Shown here: in pieces, positions 25,026-34,200 of the stretch
Numbering within the stretch: the first letter of the stretch is position 1
How the letters are laid out: the number at the start of each line of letters is the position of its first letter
Origin: an uncultured Fibrobacteraceae bacterium
GTDB taxonomy: Bacteria > Krumholzibacteriota > Krumholzibacteriia > LZORAL124-64-63
Direction of reading: 5' to 3'
Length of the DNA: 64,000 nucleotides
Assembly: GCA_964607825.1 (NCBI GenBank)
Contig: CAZSNA010000007.1
Location: 1,636-65,635, forward strand
Program-made: the position numbers and the translations under genes
Notes under the pieces: model-generated
What the model was told of the DNA's origin: nothing
Database searches by the model: none
The model's input: only the letters and a program-made list of their open reading frames with translations

Positions 25026-25650
25026 GGCTCAGGTCCCCTTCCCCGGCGTCGAGCAGGGCGCGGAGCTGCGCGCGGCAGCGGTGGAGCGCCACGTAGAACG
25101 TGTTGCGGGACAGCTCGGGATCCTCGTTCTGGGCCATTTCCAGGGCGCGGGCCGAGACCTCGCGCTGGCCGCCGCCGACCTGGAAGCTCTCCAGCAGGTG
25201 GCCGAAGAGACGTCCGCAGCGGGGGTACTTCCGCGCCAGGGTCGCGATGGCGTCCTCGAGCCGGCCGACGAACTCCGTCGATTCGCGATCCCGCAGGGGA
25301 TCGACCACGACGGCCGCCGGGCCGAAGCTCTGCCAGTCCTCCACGACGGTGGTGCGTTCCAGCTCCCGCCGCTTGGCCTGGTAGTAGTTGCCGATCACGT
25401 TCCTCAACACGGTGAAGCTCCAGATGAGAAGGCCGGTCTGTCCGGTCCGTTCGTGGTGCTTGTCCAGGATGACCCCGAGCGCGTCCTGGACCACATCCTC
25501 CAAGTGCTCGGGCTGCACACGTCGTTTGGCGACCTTCAGGAACCTTACGCGGAGATCTTCGAACAGCTCGGTGCGGGCGCGCTCGTCACCGGCGAGGGCG
25601 CGTTCGCTCAGGGCGTCGAGGGAGGCGACGGGCGACGGGGATTCGGACAT
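25012..25650 (-). CDS. ECF (extracytoplasmic-function) RNA polymerase sigma factor
   Basis: 212 aa from the ATG at 25650. Sigma-70 region 2 (EDVVQDALGVILDKHH...) and a region-4 helix-turn-helix (RNTFYVALHRCRAQLRALL). Confidence 0.85.
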   Translation of the reverse strand: MSESPSPVASLDALSERALAGDERARTELFEDLRVRFLKVAKRRVQPEHLEDVVQDALGVILDKHHERTGQTGLLIWSFTVLRNVIGNYYQAKRRELERTTVVEDWQSFGPAAVVVDPLRDRESTEFVGRLEDAIATLARKYPRCGRLFGHLLESFQVGGGQREVSARALEMAQNEDPELSRNTFYVALHRCRAQLRALLDAGEGDLSHVAP

Positions 25651-25760
25651 GGGACACTCCGGGCGTTGGGGCCGACGACCGTCCGTTGCCGTCGGCGGCG
25701 ATCCCGTGCATACTGGACCGGTCGGACAGCCCGCGTCGCAGATGCGCCTGGAGGGAAGCC

Positions 25761-28700
25761 ATGCACACCGTTCGCCCACGGACCACGGCCCGCCGCCGCG
25801 CGCACGTCGCGCGACGAGGATCGACCGGATCATACTCCACCGCCGGGGGCCGTCCTGGCAAGCCCTTGTTGGTGCTGTGCCTCTGCGTCGTCGCCCTGTC
25901 GGCGTCCGCGGCGCAGGCGGACTCCGTCGACGCCTGGCGCCACCAGCTCCGCGACGAGAACGCCGCCGCCGTCGCCGCCGCCTCCCCCGACGATCCCCGC
26001 GGCGTCTACGTGCTGGCCCTGGTCGACTCCACCGCCCGCTTCGAGGGCCCCGCCGCCCAGCTGGCCGCGGGCGCCCGTCTGGCCGCAGACGATCCAGCCG
26101 CCGCCATCGAATCCCTTGCCGCCGCCCGCGCCGCCTACGTCGACGCCGGGAACGCGGCCGGCGAACTGGTCGCCGCCGAACGGCTCTGCGCCCTGTGGAT
26201 CAGGACCCACGACTACGCCGCCGCCCTCGAGGCCCTGCCCGGCACCCTGGCCGCCGCCGAGGCCCAGGGCGACTCGCTGGCCGCCGCCCAGGCCCACCTG
26301 AACCTGGGCCGCGTGCTGGTGCGCAGCCGGCGCGTCGATGAGGCGGGCGCCCACCTGAACGCCGCCCTGGCCGGCGCCCTCGCCGCGGACATCCCCGCCT
26401 GGGAGGCCCTCGCCCACCTGTCGCTGTCGGTCATCAGCCGGCTGGTCATGGACCTGGACACGTCGCTGCACCACCGAGAGGCGGCGCTGGACGCCTACGT
26501 GCGCGCCGACGACCGCGCCGGCGAGGCGCGGTGCCTGCACTACATCGGCACCATCCACGTCTTCAAGGGGGATCTGACCCGCGCGGCCGGACTGCTCCAC
26601 CGGGGCGAGGCCCTCGCCCGCGAGATCGGCGACGACGAGCGTCTGAGCGGCTGCCTGGGCGACCTGGGCGGCATCGCCTACCTGATCGGCGACTACGACA
26701 ACGCCCTGGCCCGCTACACCGAGGCGATCCTCCTGGCCGACGACCCGCGCCGCAAGGGCTGGTACCTGCTCAACTCGGGCTCCATCCTGGCCTACCAGGG
26801 ACGCCACGAGGAAGCGCTGGCGATCTACGCGGACGCCCAGGCCGCCATGATCGAGGCCGGCGATCGGCGCAGCGAGTCGACGCTGCTGCAGGTCCAGGGC
26901 CAGAGCCTCTGCGAGCTGAAGCGCTACGACGAGGGCCTGGCCCGGCTGGACGAGGCCATCGCCTTCGCCCGCGAGTGGGAGCTGCCCCTGGACGAGGCCT
27001 ACGCCCAACACTTCAAGGGCTTCGCCCTGCTGGACCTGGACCGCTGGGACGAGGCCGCCGCCGCCCTGGCCGCCGCCGATGACCTGGCCGCGGCCACCGG
27101 CTACTTCGACATCACCGAGGGCGCCCTGATCGGCCGCGCCCGGGCGTCCCGGGGACAGGGCCGGCCCCGCGAGGCGCTGGTCCATCTCGAGGAGGCCGTG
27201 GACATCGTCACCTCGGTCCGACGCCGCAGCGGCGGTTCGGCGAACCTGCAGAGCGGCTTCTTCAGCCAGGTGGGCCGGTCCTTCGACGAGATGGTGAGCG
27301 TCCTGGCCGAACTGCACGCCGCCGAACCGGACGCCGGCCACGACCGCCGCGCCTTCGACGTCGCCCAGATGGCCAAGGCCCGCTCCCTGCTCGACCTGCT
27401 GGCCGAATCGGAAGTCGACCTGCGCGTACGGGCCGGCGCCGATTACCAGGCCCGCGAGGCGGAGATCCTCGAGGGCCTCGCCGAGCGCCACGCCGCCCTG
27501 GCGGCCGCCGCGCCGGACAGCGCCGCGCCGATCGAGGCCGAGATCGCCGATCTGGACAGCCGCCTGGATCTGCTCGAGGCCGAACTGCGCGAGGCCGATC
27601 CTCGCTACGCCGAGCTGCGCTATCCCCGTCCCTGCACCCTGGCGCGAGCCCAGGCCGAGGTGCTCCGTCCCGGCGAGCTGCTGCTGGAGTACCAGCTCGG
27701 CCAGGAGGACTCCCACCTCTTCGCGGTGACCCGCGACGGCTTCCGCGTGATCGACCTGCCGCCCCGGGCCGAGCTGGAGGACGCCGTGCGCGCCCTGCTG
27801 CCGCTGCTGCGCGACTACAACGTGACCGGTCCCGCCGCGGCCTACTACGCCGGCCCCGCCCGCGACCTGGCGCGGCGGCTCCTGGACCCGGTCGCCGCCG
27901 AGCTGTCCGCCGCCCGCCGCGTCGTGATCGTGCCCGACGGCGCCCTGCACTACCTGCCCTTCGAGGCCCTGCCCGTGCGCGACGGCGGCGGCGCGTCCTA
28001 CGCCGAGCTGCCCTACCTGGTGCGCGAACTCGAGGTGTCCTACGCCCCCTCGATCAGCGCCCTGCAGCGCCTGAGGGATCCGGCCCACGCCCCACCGCCG
28101 GCGACCGGCCTGCAGGTGGTGGCCGATCCGGTGCAGAGCTCGGCCGACCAGATCAGCGTGTTCGCCCGGGTCGCCGGAGCGGCGGCGCTGAGCCCGGTCC
28201 CCCACGTGGACGAGGAGATCGCGGCCCTGACCGGTCTCGGCTTCGCGCCCACGGTGCTCAGACGCGGCACCGAGGCTTCGACCGCCGCCCTGGCGACCTC
28301 GCCCGCCGCGGCCGGCTGCCGCTACCTTCACTTCGCCGCCCACGGCCTGTTCAACGAGCAGAGCCCGGCCTTCTCGGGCCTGGCCCTCTCCCCGGACCCG
28401 GAGGCGGGCGACGACGGCTTCCTGAGCGTGTCGGAGATCTTCGCCCTCGATCTGGACTGCGCCCAGGTCACCCTGTCGGCCTGTTCCTCGGCCCTGGGCG
28501 AGGCGGTGGACGGCGAGGGACTGGTCGGCCTGACGCGCGCATTCATGTACGCCGGCGCCCGCGGCGTGGTGGCCGCCCTGTGGGACATCCCCGGCCGCGG
28601 CGCCGCCGCCTTCATGGCCGACTACTACGCCCGCCTGGCGGACGGCGCGACCTCGGCGGCCGCCCTGGCCGGGGCCAAGCGCACCCTGCTCGGGGCCGGC

Positions 28701-28772
28701 GAGATCGACGGACTCGACCTGGCCCATCCGGCGCTGTGGGCGGCGTTCGTGCTGTCCGGAGGGGGTGAATAA
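25761..28772 (+). CDS. Secreted TPR-repeat protein with a C-terminal CHAT (caspase-like peptidase) domain
   Basis: The ATG at 25761 is preceded by GGAGGG. Signal peptide LLVLCLCVVALSASAAQA, an Ala-rich TPR-like middle region, and a C-terminal YLHFAAHG...SGLALS...LSACSS...AFMYAGARGVVAALW region with the CHAT His/Cys dyad. Confidence 0.8.
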   Translation: MHTVRPRTTARRRAHVARRGSTGSYSTAGGRPGKPLLVLCLCVVALSASAAQADSVDAWRHQLRDENAAAVAAASPDDPRGVYVLALVDSTARFEGPAAQLAAGARLAADDPAAAIESLAAARAAYVDAGNAAGELVAAERLCALWIRTHDYAAALEALPGTLAAAEAQGDSLAAAQAHLNLGRVLVRSRRVDEAGAHLNAALAGALAADIPAWEALAHLSLSVISRLVMDLDTSLHHREAALDAYVRADDRAGEARCLHYIGTIHVFKGDLTRAAGLLHRGEALAREIGDDERLSGCLGDLGGIAYLIGDYDNALARYTEAILLADDPRRKGWYLLNSGSILAYQGRHEEALAIYADAQAAMIEAGDRRSESTLLQVQGQSLCELKRYDEGLARLDEAIAFAREWELPLDEAYAQHFKGFALLDLDRWDEAAAALAAADDLAAATGYFDITEGALIGRARASRGQGRPREALVHLEEAVDIVTSVRRRSGGSANLQSGFFSQVGRSFDEMVSVLAELHAAEPDAGHDRRAFDVAQMAKARSLLDLLAESEVDLRVRAGADYQAREAEILEGLAERHAALAAAAPDSAAPIEAEIADLDSRLDLLEAELREADPRYAELRYPRPCTLARAQAEVLRPGELLLEYQLGQEDSHLFAVTRDGFRVIDLPPRAELEDAVRALLPLLRDYNVTGPAAAYYAGPARDLARRLLDPVAAELSAARRVVIVPDGALHYLPFEALPVRDGGGASYAELPYLVRELEVSYAPSISALQRLRDPAHAPPPATGLQVVADPVQSSADQISVFARVAGAAALSPVPHVDEEIAALTGLGFAPTVLRRGTEASTAALATSPAAAGCRYLHFAAHGLFNEQSPAFSGLALSPDPEAGDDGFLSVSEIFALDLDCAQVTLSACSSALGEAVDGEGLVGLTRAFMYAGARGVVAALWDIPGRGAAAFMADYYARLADGATSAAALAGAKRTLLGAGEIDGLDLAHPALWAAFVLSGGGE

Positions 28773-28774
28773 TT

Positions 28775-28870
28775 TATCATAAATTAAAACTCTACAAAAA
28801 CCATCCCTCTTGTCGAATACTCAGATTGGTGTCATTCAAAAAGCAACCCATGACTATGGCAGGATAGATC
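28775..28870 (+). promoter_or_regulatory. AT-rich intergenic island upstream of the PilZ gene (probable promoter region)
   Basis: aatttatcataaattaaaactctacaaaaacc... The local AT content is far above the window average. Confidence 0.35.
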
Positions 28871-29218
28871 ATGGCCTATAAACGGCTGTCCAAGCGGTTC
28901 AGCACCATATACTTCAGTGAAGTTCGCGATCTCGAATCCGGGGCCGTGATCGGCAAGCTCGCCAACCTCTCAGAGACCGGCATGCTTCTGATCGACGTCG
29001 TGAGTCTGCGTCCCGGGTCGGTCCACGACCTGATCGTGACCTTGCCGCAGGAGGTCGCCGGCTGCCTGGAATTCGTGTGCCGGGCCGAGATCCGCTGGTG
29101 TCGGACCGACACGAATCCCGACCACCTGGCCGCCGGCCTCGAGTTCCGCGACGTATCGGATGAACTGCGCGCCGTCCTGACCGCCGCCCAGAACCAGATC
29201 TGCTTCCGGAACATGTGA
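28871..29218 (+). CDS. Single-domain PilZ (c-di-GMP-binding) protein
   Basis: 115 aa with RLSKR (RxxxR) and NLSETG (D/NxSxxG), the PilZ motifs. Confidence 0.75.
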   Translation: MAYKRLSKRFSTIYFSEVRDLESGAVIGKLANLSETGMLLIDVVSLRPGSVHDLIVTLPQEVAGCLEFVCRAEIRWCRTDTNPDHLAAGLEFRDVSDELRAVLTAAQNQICFRNM

Positions 29219-29351
29219 TCCGCCCGCCCCGGTTTTTTTTCGTCCCGCCCCCGTAAGATCCCCCTCCCCCCGGAAACTCCTCCCTCATGCGGGGTCGCTC
29301 GCCCCGTGTTCGGAACAGCCAGAACCCCTGTTATTTCGGGAGGAGACATCC

Positions 29352-31250
29352 ATGAACAGCCACAAGACCATCGTCGCATTGCTGCTGACCGTGCTGCTGG
29401 CCGCGACCGCGGCCGCCAACACGGTCGACTTCGACTCGCTGGTCCCCGGCACGGTCTACGGCGCGCCCGCCGGCCACGTGCCCGGCGACTACGTCTTCAG
29501 CGAGAGCCTGGCCGACTGTTACGTCAACGATTTCTGGGTCGGCGGCTCGCCCTACTTCAACTTCATGCGGGTCGATCCCGCCTTCACCTACTTCGGCAAC
29601 GTCAACATCATGAACGTGAACAACGTCTCGCTGGACGTGGACTTCACCGCGCCCGGCGACGTGGTCTTCGAGTACCTGTACTTCGGCGGCGAGGTGAACC
29701 TGCAGTTCGACGGCCTCGCGGCGCCCCTGGTCGGGCCCGACTTCCCGAGCCTGGCCGGCACGTACGGGCCCGTCACGGTGAACGTGACGGCCTTCCCGAC
29801 CGGCCCCGGCGTCGGCGGCCAGGTCATCCTGACCGGTCCGGTGCAGCACCTGCGCGTCGGCGGCCAGGAGCTGTTCCTCGACGGTCTCGACTGCGCCAAC
29901 GGCATCAGCCCCGTCACGGGCGGCTGCGACTACGAGGTCACCTACGACTATCTGGGCGTCGGCACCGCCTGGGGTTCCCCCTACGGCGACGCGCCCGGCG
30001 ACTTCCTGTTCTCCGAGGACGGCATCCCCGTGTTCGCCGAGCTCTTCGACTGGGGCGGCGGCACGGCCTTCAACTACACCCAGATCGTCCCCGCCTTCCT
30101 GCCCCTGGGCGCGATCAACGTGGCCGAGCTGAACAACATCAGCCAGCGCTTCGACATCGGCGCCCTGGGCATCACCACCGACAGCGTGAGCTTCGAGTTC
30201 TACGACCAGGGCGGCACCGAGAACCTCGGCGTCAACGGCCACCCCCTGTTCGTGGGCGACCTGCACACCGTGCCCGCGGCCTACTTCCCCGGCGTCTCCG
30301 TGAACGTGACCTGGAGCTGGGCGGGGCCGGACATCTACGGCGTCGTCACCATCACCGGCGACGTGCAGGAACTGATCGTGGGCGGCCAGGAATTCCACAT
30401 GGACAACGTGTGCGTGAAGGAAGACGTGCCCGTGGACTGCTGGCACCTGGTGCACCACGAATCGCAGCCCCTGTACGCGAACTACGGCAACGGCTACGGC
30501 CACGCTCCCGGCGACCTGATCTTCGTGGAGCAGAACGTCCCCGTGCTGCTCGACACCTTCGACTGGGGCGGCGGCCCGGTCTTCTACAACTGCCAGATCC
30601 AGCCGGCGACCTCCGGCATGGGCGACGGCCAGATCATGTGGATGAGCAACGTCAGCAACCTGTACGACATCGCCGCCACCGGCGTCACCACCGCCGAGGT
30701 CACCTTCGAGTACCTCGACGTGGGCGGCACCGAGAACATCGAGGTCAACGGCGCCGGCCTGTACATCGGCGACCTGCACCTCGCACCCAACAACATCGCC
30801 CCGGGCGTGATCCTCACCGTGATCACGTACCCGGTGCCCGGAGGCCTGCGCGGCGAGGTCACCCTCACCGGTCAAGTGGACAAGCTGCTGCTCGGCGGGC
30901 AAGAGTTCGCAGTGGACAACGTCTGCGTGATCGGCGACGGGTCGACCTCGGCGCGCACGGACCTCCCGGTGCGCAAGGTGAGCCTGCAGCCCAACCATCC
31001 GAATCCCTTCAATCCGTCGACGACGCTCAAGTTCAGCCTGGCGCACGACTCGCGGGTCAAGCTGACCATCCACGACGTCAAGGGCCGCGCGGTGCGCACC
31101 CTGGTGTCGGGCGACCGTACGGCGGGCGATCACAACGTCGTCTGGGACGGCCGTGACGACGGCGGCGAGGCTGTCGGCTCAGGCGTGTACTTCGTCCGCG
31201 TGGAGACGCGAGACGGGGTCGATGCCCAGAAGATCTCTCTCATCAAGTGA
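29352..31250 (+). CDS. T9SS-sorted secreted protein with three internal repeats of about 150 aa
   Basis: GGGAGGAG ribosome-binding site. Signal peptide, then three copies of a module DFLFSEDGIPVFAELFDWGGG...FEY.D.GGTEN..VNG..L.VGDL..............ITG.V..L.VGGQEF..DNVCV. The C-terminal sorting domain reads ...GVYFVRVETRDGVDAQKISLIK. Confidence 0.75.
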   Translation: MNSHKTIVALLLTVLLAATAAANTVDFDSLVPGTVYGAPAGHVPGDYVFSESLADCYVNDFWVGGSPYFNFMRVDPAFTYFGNVNIMNVNNVSLDVDFTAPGDVVFEYLYFGGEVNLQFDGLAAPLVGPDFPSLAGTYGPVTVNVTAFPTGPGVGGQVILTGPVQHLRVGGQELFLDGLDCANGISPVTGGCDYEVTYDYLGVGTAWGSPYGDAPGDFLFSEDGIPVFAELFDWGGGTAFNYTQIVPAFLPLGAINVAELNNISQRFDIGALGITTDSVSFEFYDQGGTENLGVNGHPLFVGDLHTVPAAYFPGVSVNVTWSWAGPDIYGVVTITGDVQELIVGGQEFHMDNVCVKEDVPVDCWHLVHHESQPLYANYGNGYGHAPGDLIFVEQNVPVLLDTFDWGGGPVFYNCQIQPATSGMGDGQIMWMSNVSNLYDIAATGVTTAEVTFEYLDVGGTENIEVNGAGLYIGDLHLAPNNIAPGVILTVITYPVPGGLRGEVTLTGQVDKLLLGGQEFAVDNVCVIGDGSTSARTDLPVRKVSLQPNHPNPFNPSTTLKFSLAHDSRVKLTIHDVKGRAVRTLVSGDRTAGDHNVVWDGRDDGGEAVGSGVYFVRVETRDGVDAQKISLIK

Positions 31251-31271
31251 TCGGATATGGAGGGGGTGGGG

Positions 31272-31305
31272 CCCCGGACTTCGGTCCGGGGCTCCGGTTT
31301 GTTTT
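31272..31305 (+). terminator. Rho-independent terminator downstream of the internal-repeat T9SS gene
   Basis: CCCCGGAC-TTCG-GTCCGGGG hairpin followed by CTCCGGTTTGTTTT. Confidence 0.7.
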
Positions 31306-31317
31306 ACACGTGGAAAC
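31301..31317. repeat. Imperfect copy of the palindrome (GTTTTACACGTGGAAAC), 3' of the LVIVD T9SS gene
   Basis: The core TACACGTG is conserved. It lies 22 bp from the LVIVD stop and immediately after the terminator of the convergent gene. Confidence 0.5.
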
Positions 31318-31322
31318 CCGCC

Positions 31323-33542
31323 CTACCGGACGAGCACGGCCTTGACCGTGCGTCGTCCGGTCTCCGTGACCAGCCGCATCAGATAGAGCCCCGACGCCGC
31401 GGGCCGACCCGATTCGTCGATCCCCGTCCAGACCAGCTCGTGCGGACCGGCCGCGAACCGCTCGTCCGCCAGCCGGGCCACGCGACGACCGAAAGCGTCG
31501 AAGACCGCCACCTCGGCGCGCCCGGGGCGATCCAGGACGAAGGAGACGACGGTGCGGGGGTTGAAGGGATTAGGCGCAACCAACAGGTCGAAGCCGGGCA
31601 AGGCCGGCGTCTCGGGCGTGCCAGGTTCGTCCTCGAGGGCGGTGACCCCGAACTCGTGGCGTGGCGAGATCACCAGCCCCGAGTTGCCGCAAGCCAGCAG
31701 GACGCAGGTCTCGGCCATCGCGACGCCGATCGCTCCGCGGGGCAGGGACAGGCCGCCGACCAGCCCCGGCGAGTCGGGAACGGCCGCATCGATGACCTGC
31801 AGACCCAGGTTCAGGTTTGCGGAGTACACGATCCCCTGGGAGACGGCGACGTCGCGCTGTCCCCAGAGCAACCTCAGGTCGGCCAGAAGGGTCGGGACGT
31901 CGGGATCGGACAGGTCGACGACCTGGAGCAGGTTCCCCGCCGCCGCATAGGCGTTGATCCCGTCTACGACCAGACCATGCGCCTGCTCAACGAGCGTCAG
32001 GATCGAGACGACGCTCGGGGCCGAAGGTGTCGAGATGTCGATCGCCTCCAAGTAGCTCGTCGACGCCGGGGAGTCCCAGGAGACGGTGTAGGCCCGATCA
32101 CCCGACAAGGCGATGCGGTTGAGGTCCTGGGTCGTGGGCACCTCACCCACCTGCACGGGAGCGGTCGGATCCGAGACGTCCAGCGTCCAGACCGCGGCGT
32201 CGCCCGTGACGTACGCATGGATGCCATCGATGGCGATGCTGTTCGCTACGCCCGTGATGTCGGCGCCTCCGACGATGACCGGAGCTGCGGGGTCCGAGAC
32301 ATCGATCACGTGGAACCGCGAGCCGAGATCGGCCACGTAGGCGTACCCGCCCGACACGGCCACGTACCCGGCCTCGCCCGGCGTATCGACCGAGCCGATC
32401 ACGTGCGCTCCGACGGGGTCGGAGATGTCGACGATGCGCAGGCCGGTCGTCGCGGCGACGTAGCCCAGCCCGCCCTCGGCGGCGACGTGCAGGGTCGGGC
32501 CGTCCAGCGCGAGGGTCGCCAGGACGGGAACGGGATCGGGGCCGGTGATGTCGACGACCTGCAGGCCGTTCTCGTCGGCCGTGAGGTAGAGGTATTCGCC
32601 CGCGGAAACGGGCGTTCCCCCCCCGGCGGGATCACCCGGCACGGCGAGGCTCGCGACGAGGTCCGGCGTTTCAGGATCGGAGATATCGACCACGTCGAGC
32701 CGTAGGAGTCTCAGGACATACGCCCGATCCCCGACGACGGCCGTATCGCCTCCCATCGAGCCGAGCTCCAGGCTCGAGACCAGCTGCGGCGAGGCCGGAT
32801 CGGAGACGTCATAGACCTGTAGGCCCTCAACTGCGACCACGAAGCAAGCGTGATCGCCCGAGATCGCGACCTTGTACGCGAAGGAGGATGTCGCCACGTT
32901 AGCGGCGAGTACCGGCGATGTCGGCTCCGTGACATCAATGATATGGACACCCGCAGAACCCGCAGAATAGTAGGCCAGGTCGCCCGAGACGGTCAGGCCC
33001 CAGCAGTAGCTCGTCAGCGGGTACGTGCCCAGCGGCTGGGGGTCGGCGGGATCCGCGAGATCGTAGATCACCACTCCGTTGCCCGCATCGGCCTGATAGA
33101 GACGGCCCGCCGACACGACCAGCCGTCCGCCGTTTCCGGGCGACGCGAACTCGCCGACGTAGACGGGAGCGGCCGGGTCCGAGATGTCGAAGATCTGGTG
33201 ATTGCTGGAGGAACGGTTGACGTACAGATGGTGACCTGCAACGGCCACGTTCCGGGTATTCGTCCCCAGCTCGGCGGACCAGACGACCTGCCTGTCGTCG
33301 GGGTCGCTCAGATCGACCACGGCCACGCCCCAGTAGTTCGCCAGATAGGCGTGATTCCCGGCCACGGCGACATCCATGACGGTGAAAGGAACCTCGACAC
33401 CGCCGTCCCAGTGCAGGTGCTCGGAGTAGTCCACCGAGACCGCAGTCGCGGCCGAAGCGGCCAGGGCGATGACGAGCAGCGGCGCGAGTCGGAGCAGAAA
33501 GGACGGGAAGCCGAGCCTGGATGAGCGTGAACGCATGGTCAT
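31323..33542 (-). CDS. LVIVD-repeat beta-propeller protein with a T9SS C-terminal domain
   Basis: ATG at 33542 after GGAGGT. Many repeats of the form A.V.G..AYVAD...GL.V.DVSDP..P. Ends GLYLMRLVTETGRRTVKAVLVR. Confidence 0.8.
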   Translation of the reverse strand: MTMRSRSSRLGFPSFLLRLAPLLVIALAASAATAVSVDYSEHLHWDGGVEVPFTVMDVAVAGNHAYLANYWGVAVVDLSDPDDRQVVWSAELGTNTRNVAVAGHHLYVNRSSSNHQIFDISDPAAPVYVGEFASPGNGGRLVVSAGRLYQADAGNGVVIYDLADPADPQPLGTYPLTSYCWGLTVSGDLAYYSAGSAGVHIIDVTEPTSPVLAANVATSSFAYKVAISGDHACFVVAVEGLQVYDVSDPASPQLVSSLELGSMGGDTAVVGDRAYVLRLLRLDVVDISDPETPDLVASLAVPGDPAGGGTPVSAGEYLYLTADENGLQVVDITGPDPVPVLATLALDGPTLHVAAEGGLGYVAATTGLRIVDISDPVGAHVIGSVDTPGEAGYVAVSGGYAYVADLGSRFHVIDVSDPAAPVIVGGADITGVANSIAIDGIHAYVTGDAAVWTLDVSDPTAPVQVGEVPTTQDLNRIALSGDRAYTVSWDSPASTSYLEAIDISTPSAPSVVSILTLVEQAHGLVVDGINAYAAAGNLLQVVDLSDPDVPTLLADLRLLWGQRDVAVSQGIVYSANLNLGLQVIDAAVPDSPGLVGGLSLPRGAIGVAMAETCVLLACGNSGLVISPRHEFGVTALEDEPGTPETPALPGFDLLVAPNPFNPRTVVSFVLDRPGRAEVAVFDAFGRRVARLADERFAAGPHELVWTGIDESGRPAASGLYLMRLVTETGRRTVKAVLVR

Positions 33543-33643
33543 ACCTCCATGTAGAACCTGATGTGCGATATCGATACAAATGTCGAGAATCAAGTCGAGA
33601 CTGACCGGGGGGCTGTCGATAGTCAAGTGTTGGGAGTCGGTGA

Positions 33644-33656
33644 TTTACACGTGTTA
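33644..33656. repeat. Imperfect copy of the palindrome (TTTACACGTGTTA), about 100 bp 5' of the LVIVD T9SS gene
   Basis: 11 of 14 positions match the consensus. Confidence 0.5.
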
Positions 33657-33740
33657 GTTACCCAATCTTGAACACCCCCCTTCATATCTCCCACCCCCCG
33701 AACAAGTTACCCCCTTGACACACCCCCGAACACCGTATTA

Positions 33741-33762
33741 CTGTATTATGCAACTAATACAG
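33741..33762. promoter_or_regulatory. 22-bp inverted repeat CTGTATTA-TGCAAC-TAATACAG, a candidate GntR/YtrA operator, 50 bp upstream of the GntR gene
   Basis: Perfect 8-bp arms, with a TTGACA hexamer 23 bp upstream (33713-33718). GntR-family operators are typically palindromes with GT...AC cores. Confidence 0.5.
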
Positions 33763-33812
33763 CACCCCGACGTACCACCCCCTCAGAGACGACAGCCCCG
33801 GAAGGAACCCGC

Positions 33813-34199
33813 ATGTTCATCGTCCTGAGTCCCAACAGCGGCGTCCCGGTCTACCGCCAGCTGATCGAGCAGATCACGCTGCAGGTGACCGGCGGCCGGC
33901 TGGCGCCCGGCGACGAGATGCCGTCGACGCGCACCCTGTCATCGCAACTGGGGGTGAATCCCATGACCGTGAGCAAGGCCTACGCGCAGCTCGAGCGCGA
34001 CGGGATCCTCGCGCGCCGGCCCGGCCGGCCGCTGGTGGTGGCCGACCTGCCGGCCGACGAGACCCGCGCCCACAAGCTCGACCAGGTCCGCGCGCGCCTC
34101 GCGGACGCCGTCACCACGATCCGCCAGCTGGGCGTCGACGACGACGAGGCCGTCGCCCTGCTGCGCGAGATGCTCGACCGTACCGAGAAGGAGTCCTGA
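33813..34199 (+). CDS. GntR-family transcription regulator (short YtrA-like subtype)
   Basis: 128 aa with N-terminal winged helix-turn-helix PVYRQLIEQI...LPSTRTLSSQLGVNPMTVSKAY. Confidence 0.85.
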   Translation: MFIVLSPNSGVPVYRQLIEQITLQVTGGRLAPGDEMPSTRTLSSQLGVNPMTVSKAYAQLERDGILARRPGRPLVVADLPADETRAHKLDQVRARLADAVTTIRQLGVDDDEAVALLREMLDRTEKES

Positions 34200-34200
34200 C

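Noticed and set aside
25651-25760. Putative ECF-type promoter GGACC-N14-CGTC upstream of the CHAT gene
   Set aside because: The spacer is 2-3 nt shorter than typical ECF promoters. I kept it only as a low-confidence remark inside the sigma/CHAT finding and did not list it as a feature.
25830-28727. 965-aa minus-strand ORF antisense to the TPR-CHAT gene
   Set aside because: It has no motifs. The + frame has a signal peptide, an upstream ribosome-binding site, TPR repeats and the CHAT dyad region.
29219-29351. T8 tract (GCCCCGGTTTTTTTTCG) after the PilZ gene, considered as an intrinsic terminator
   Set aside because: No convincing stem precedes the T-run, so I did not annotate it as a terminator.
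33690-33735. C-rich direct repeats (CCCCGAACA x2, CACCCCCC) upstream of the GntR gene, considered as a possible CRISPR or repeat array
   Set aside because: There are only two short copies with irregular spacing and no spacer structure. They are more likely promoter-region composition.
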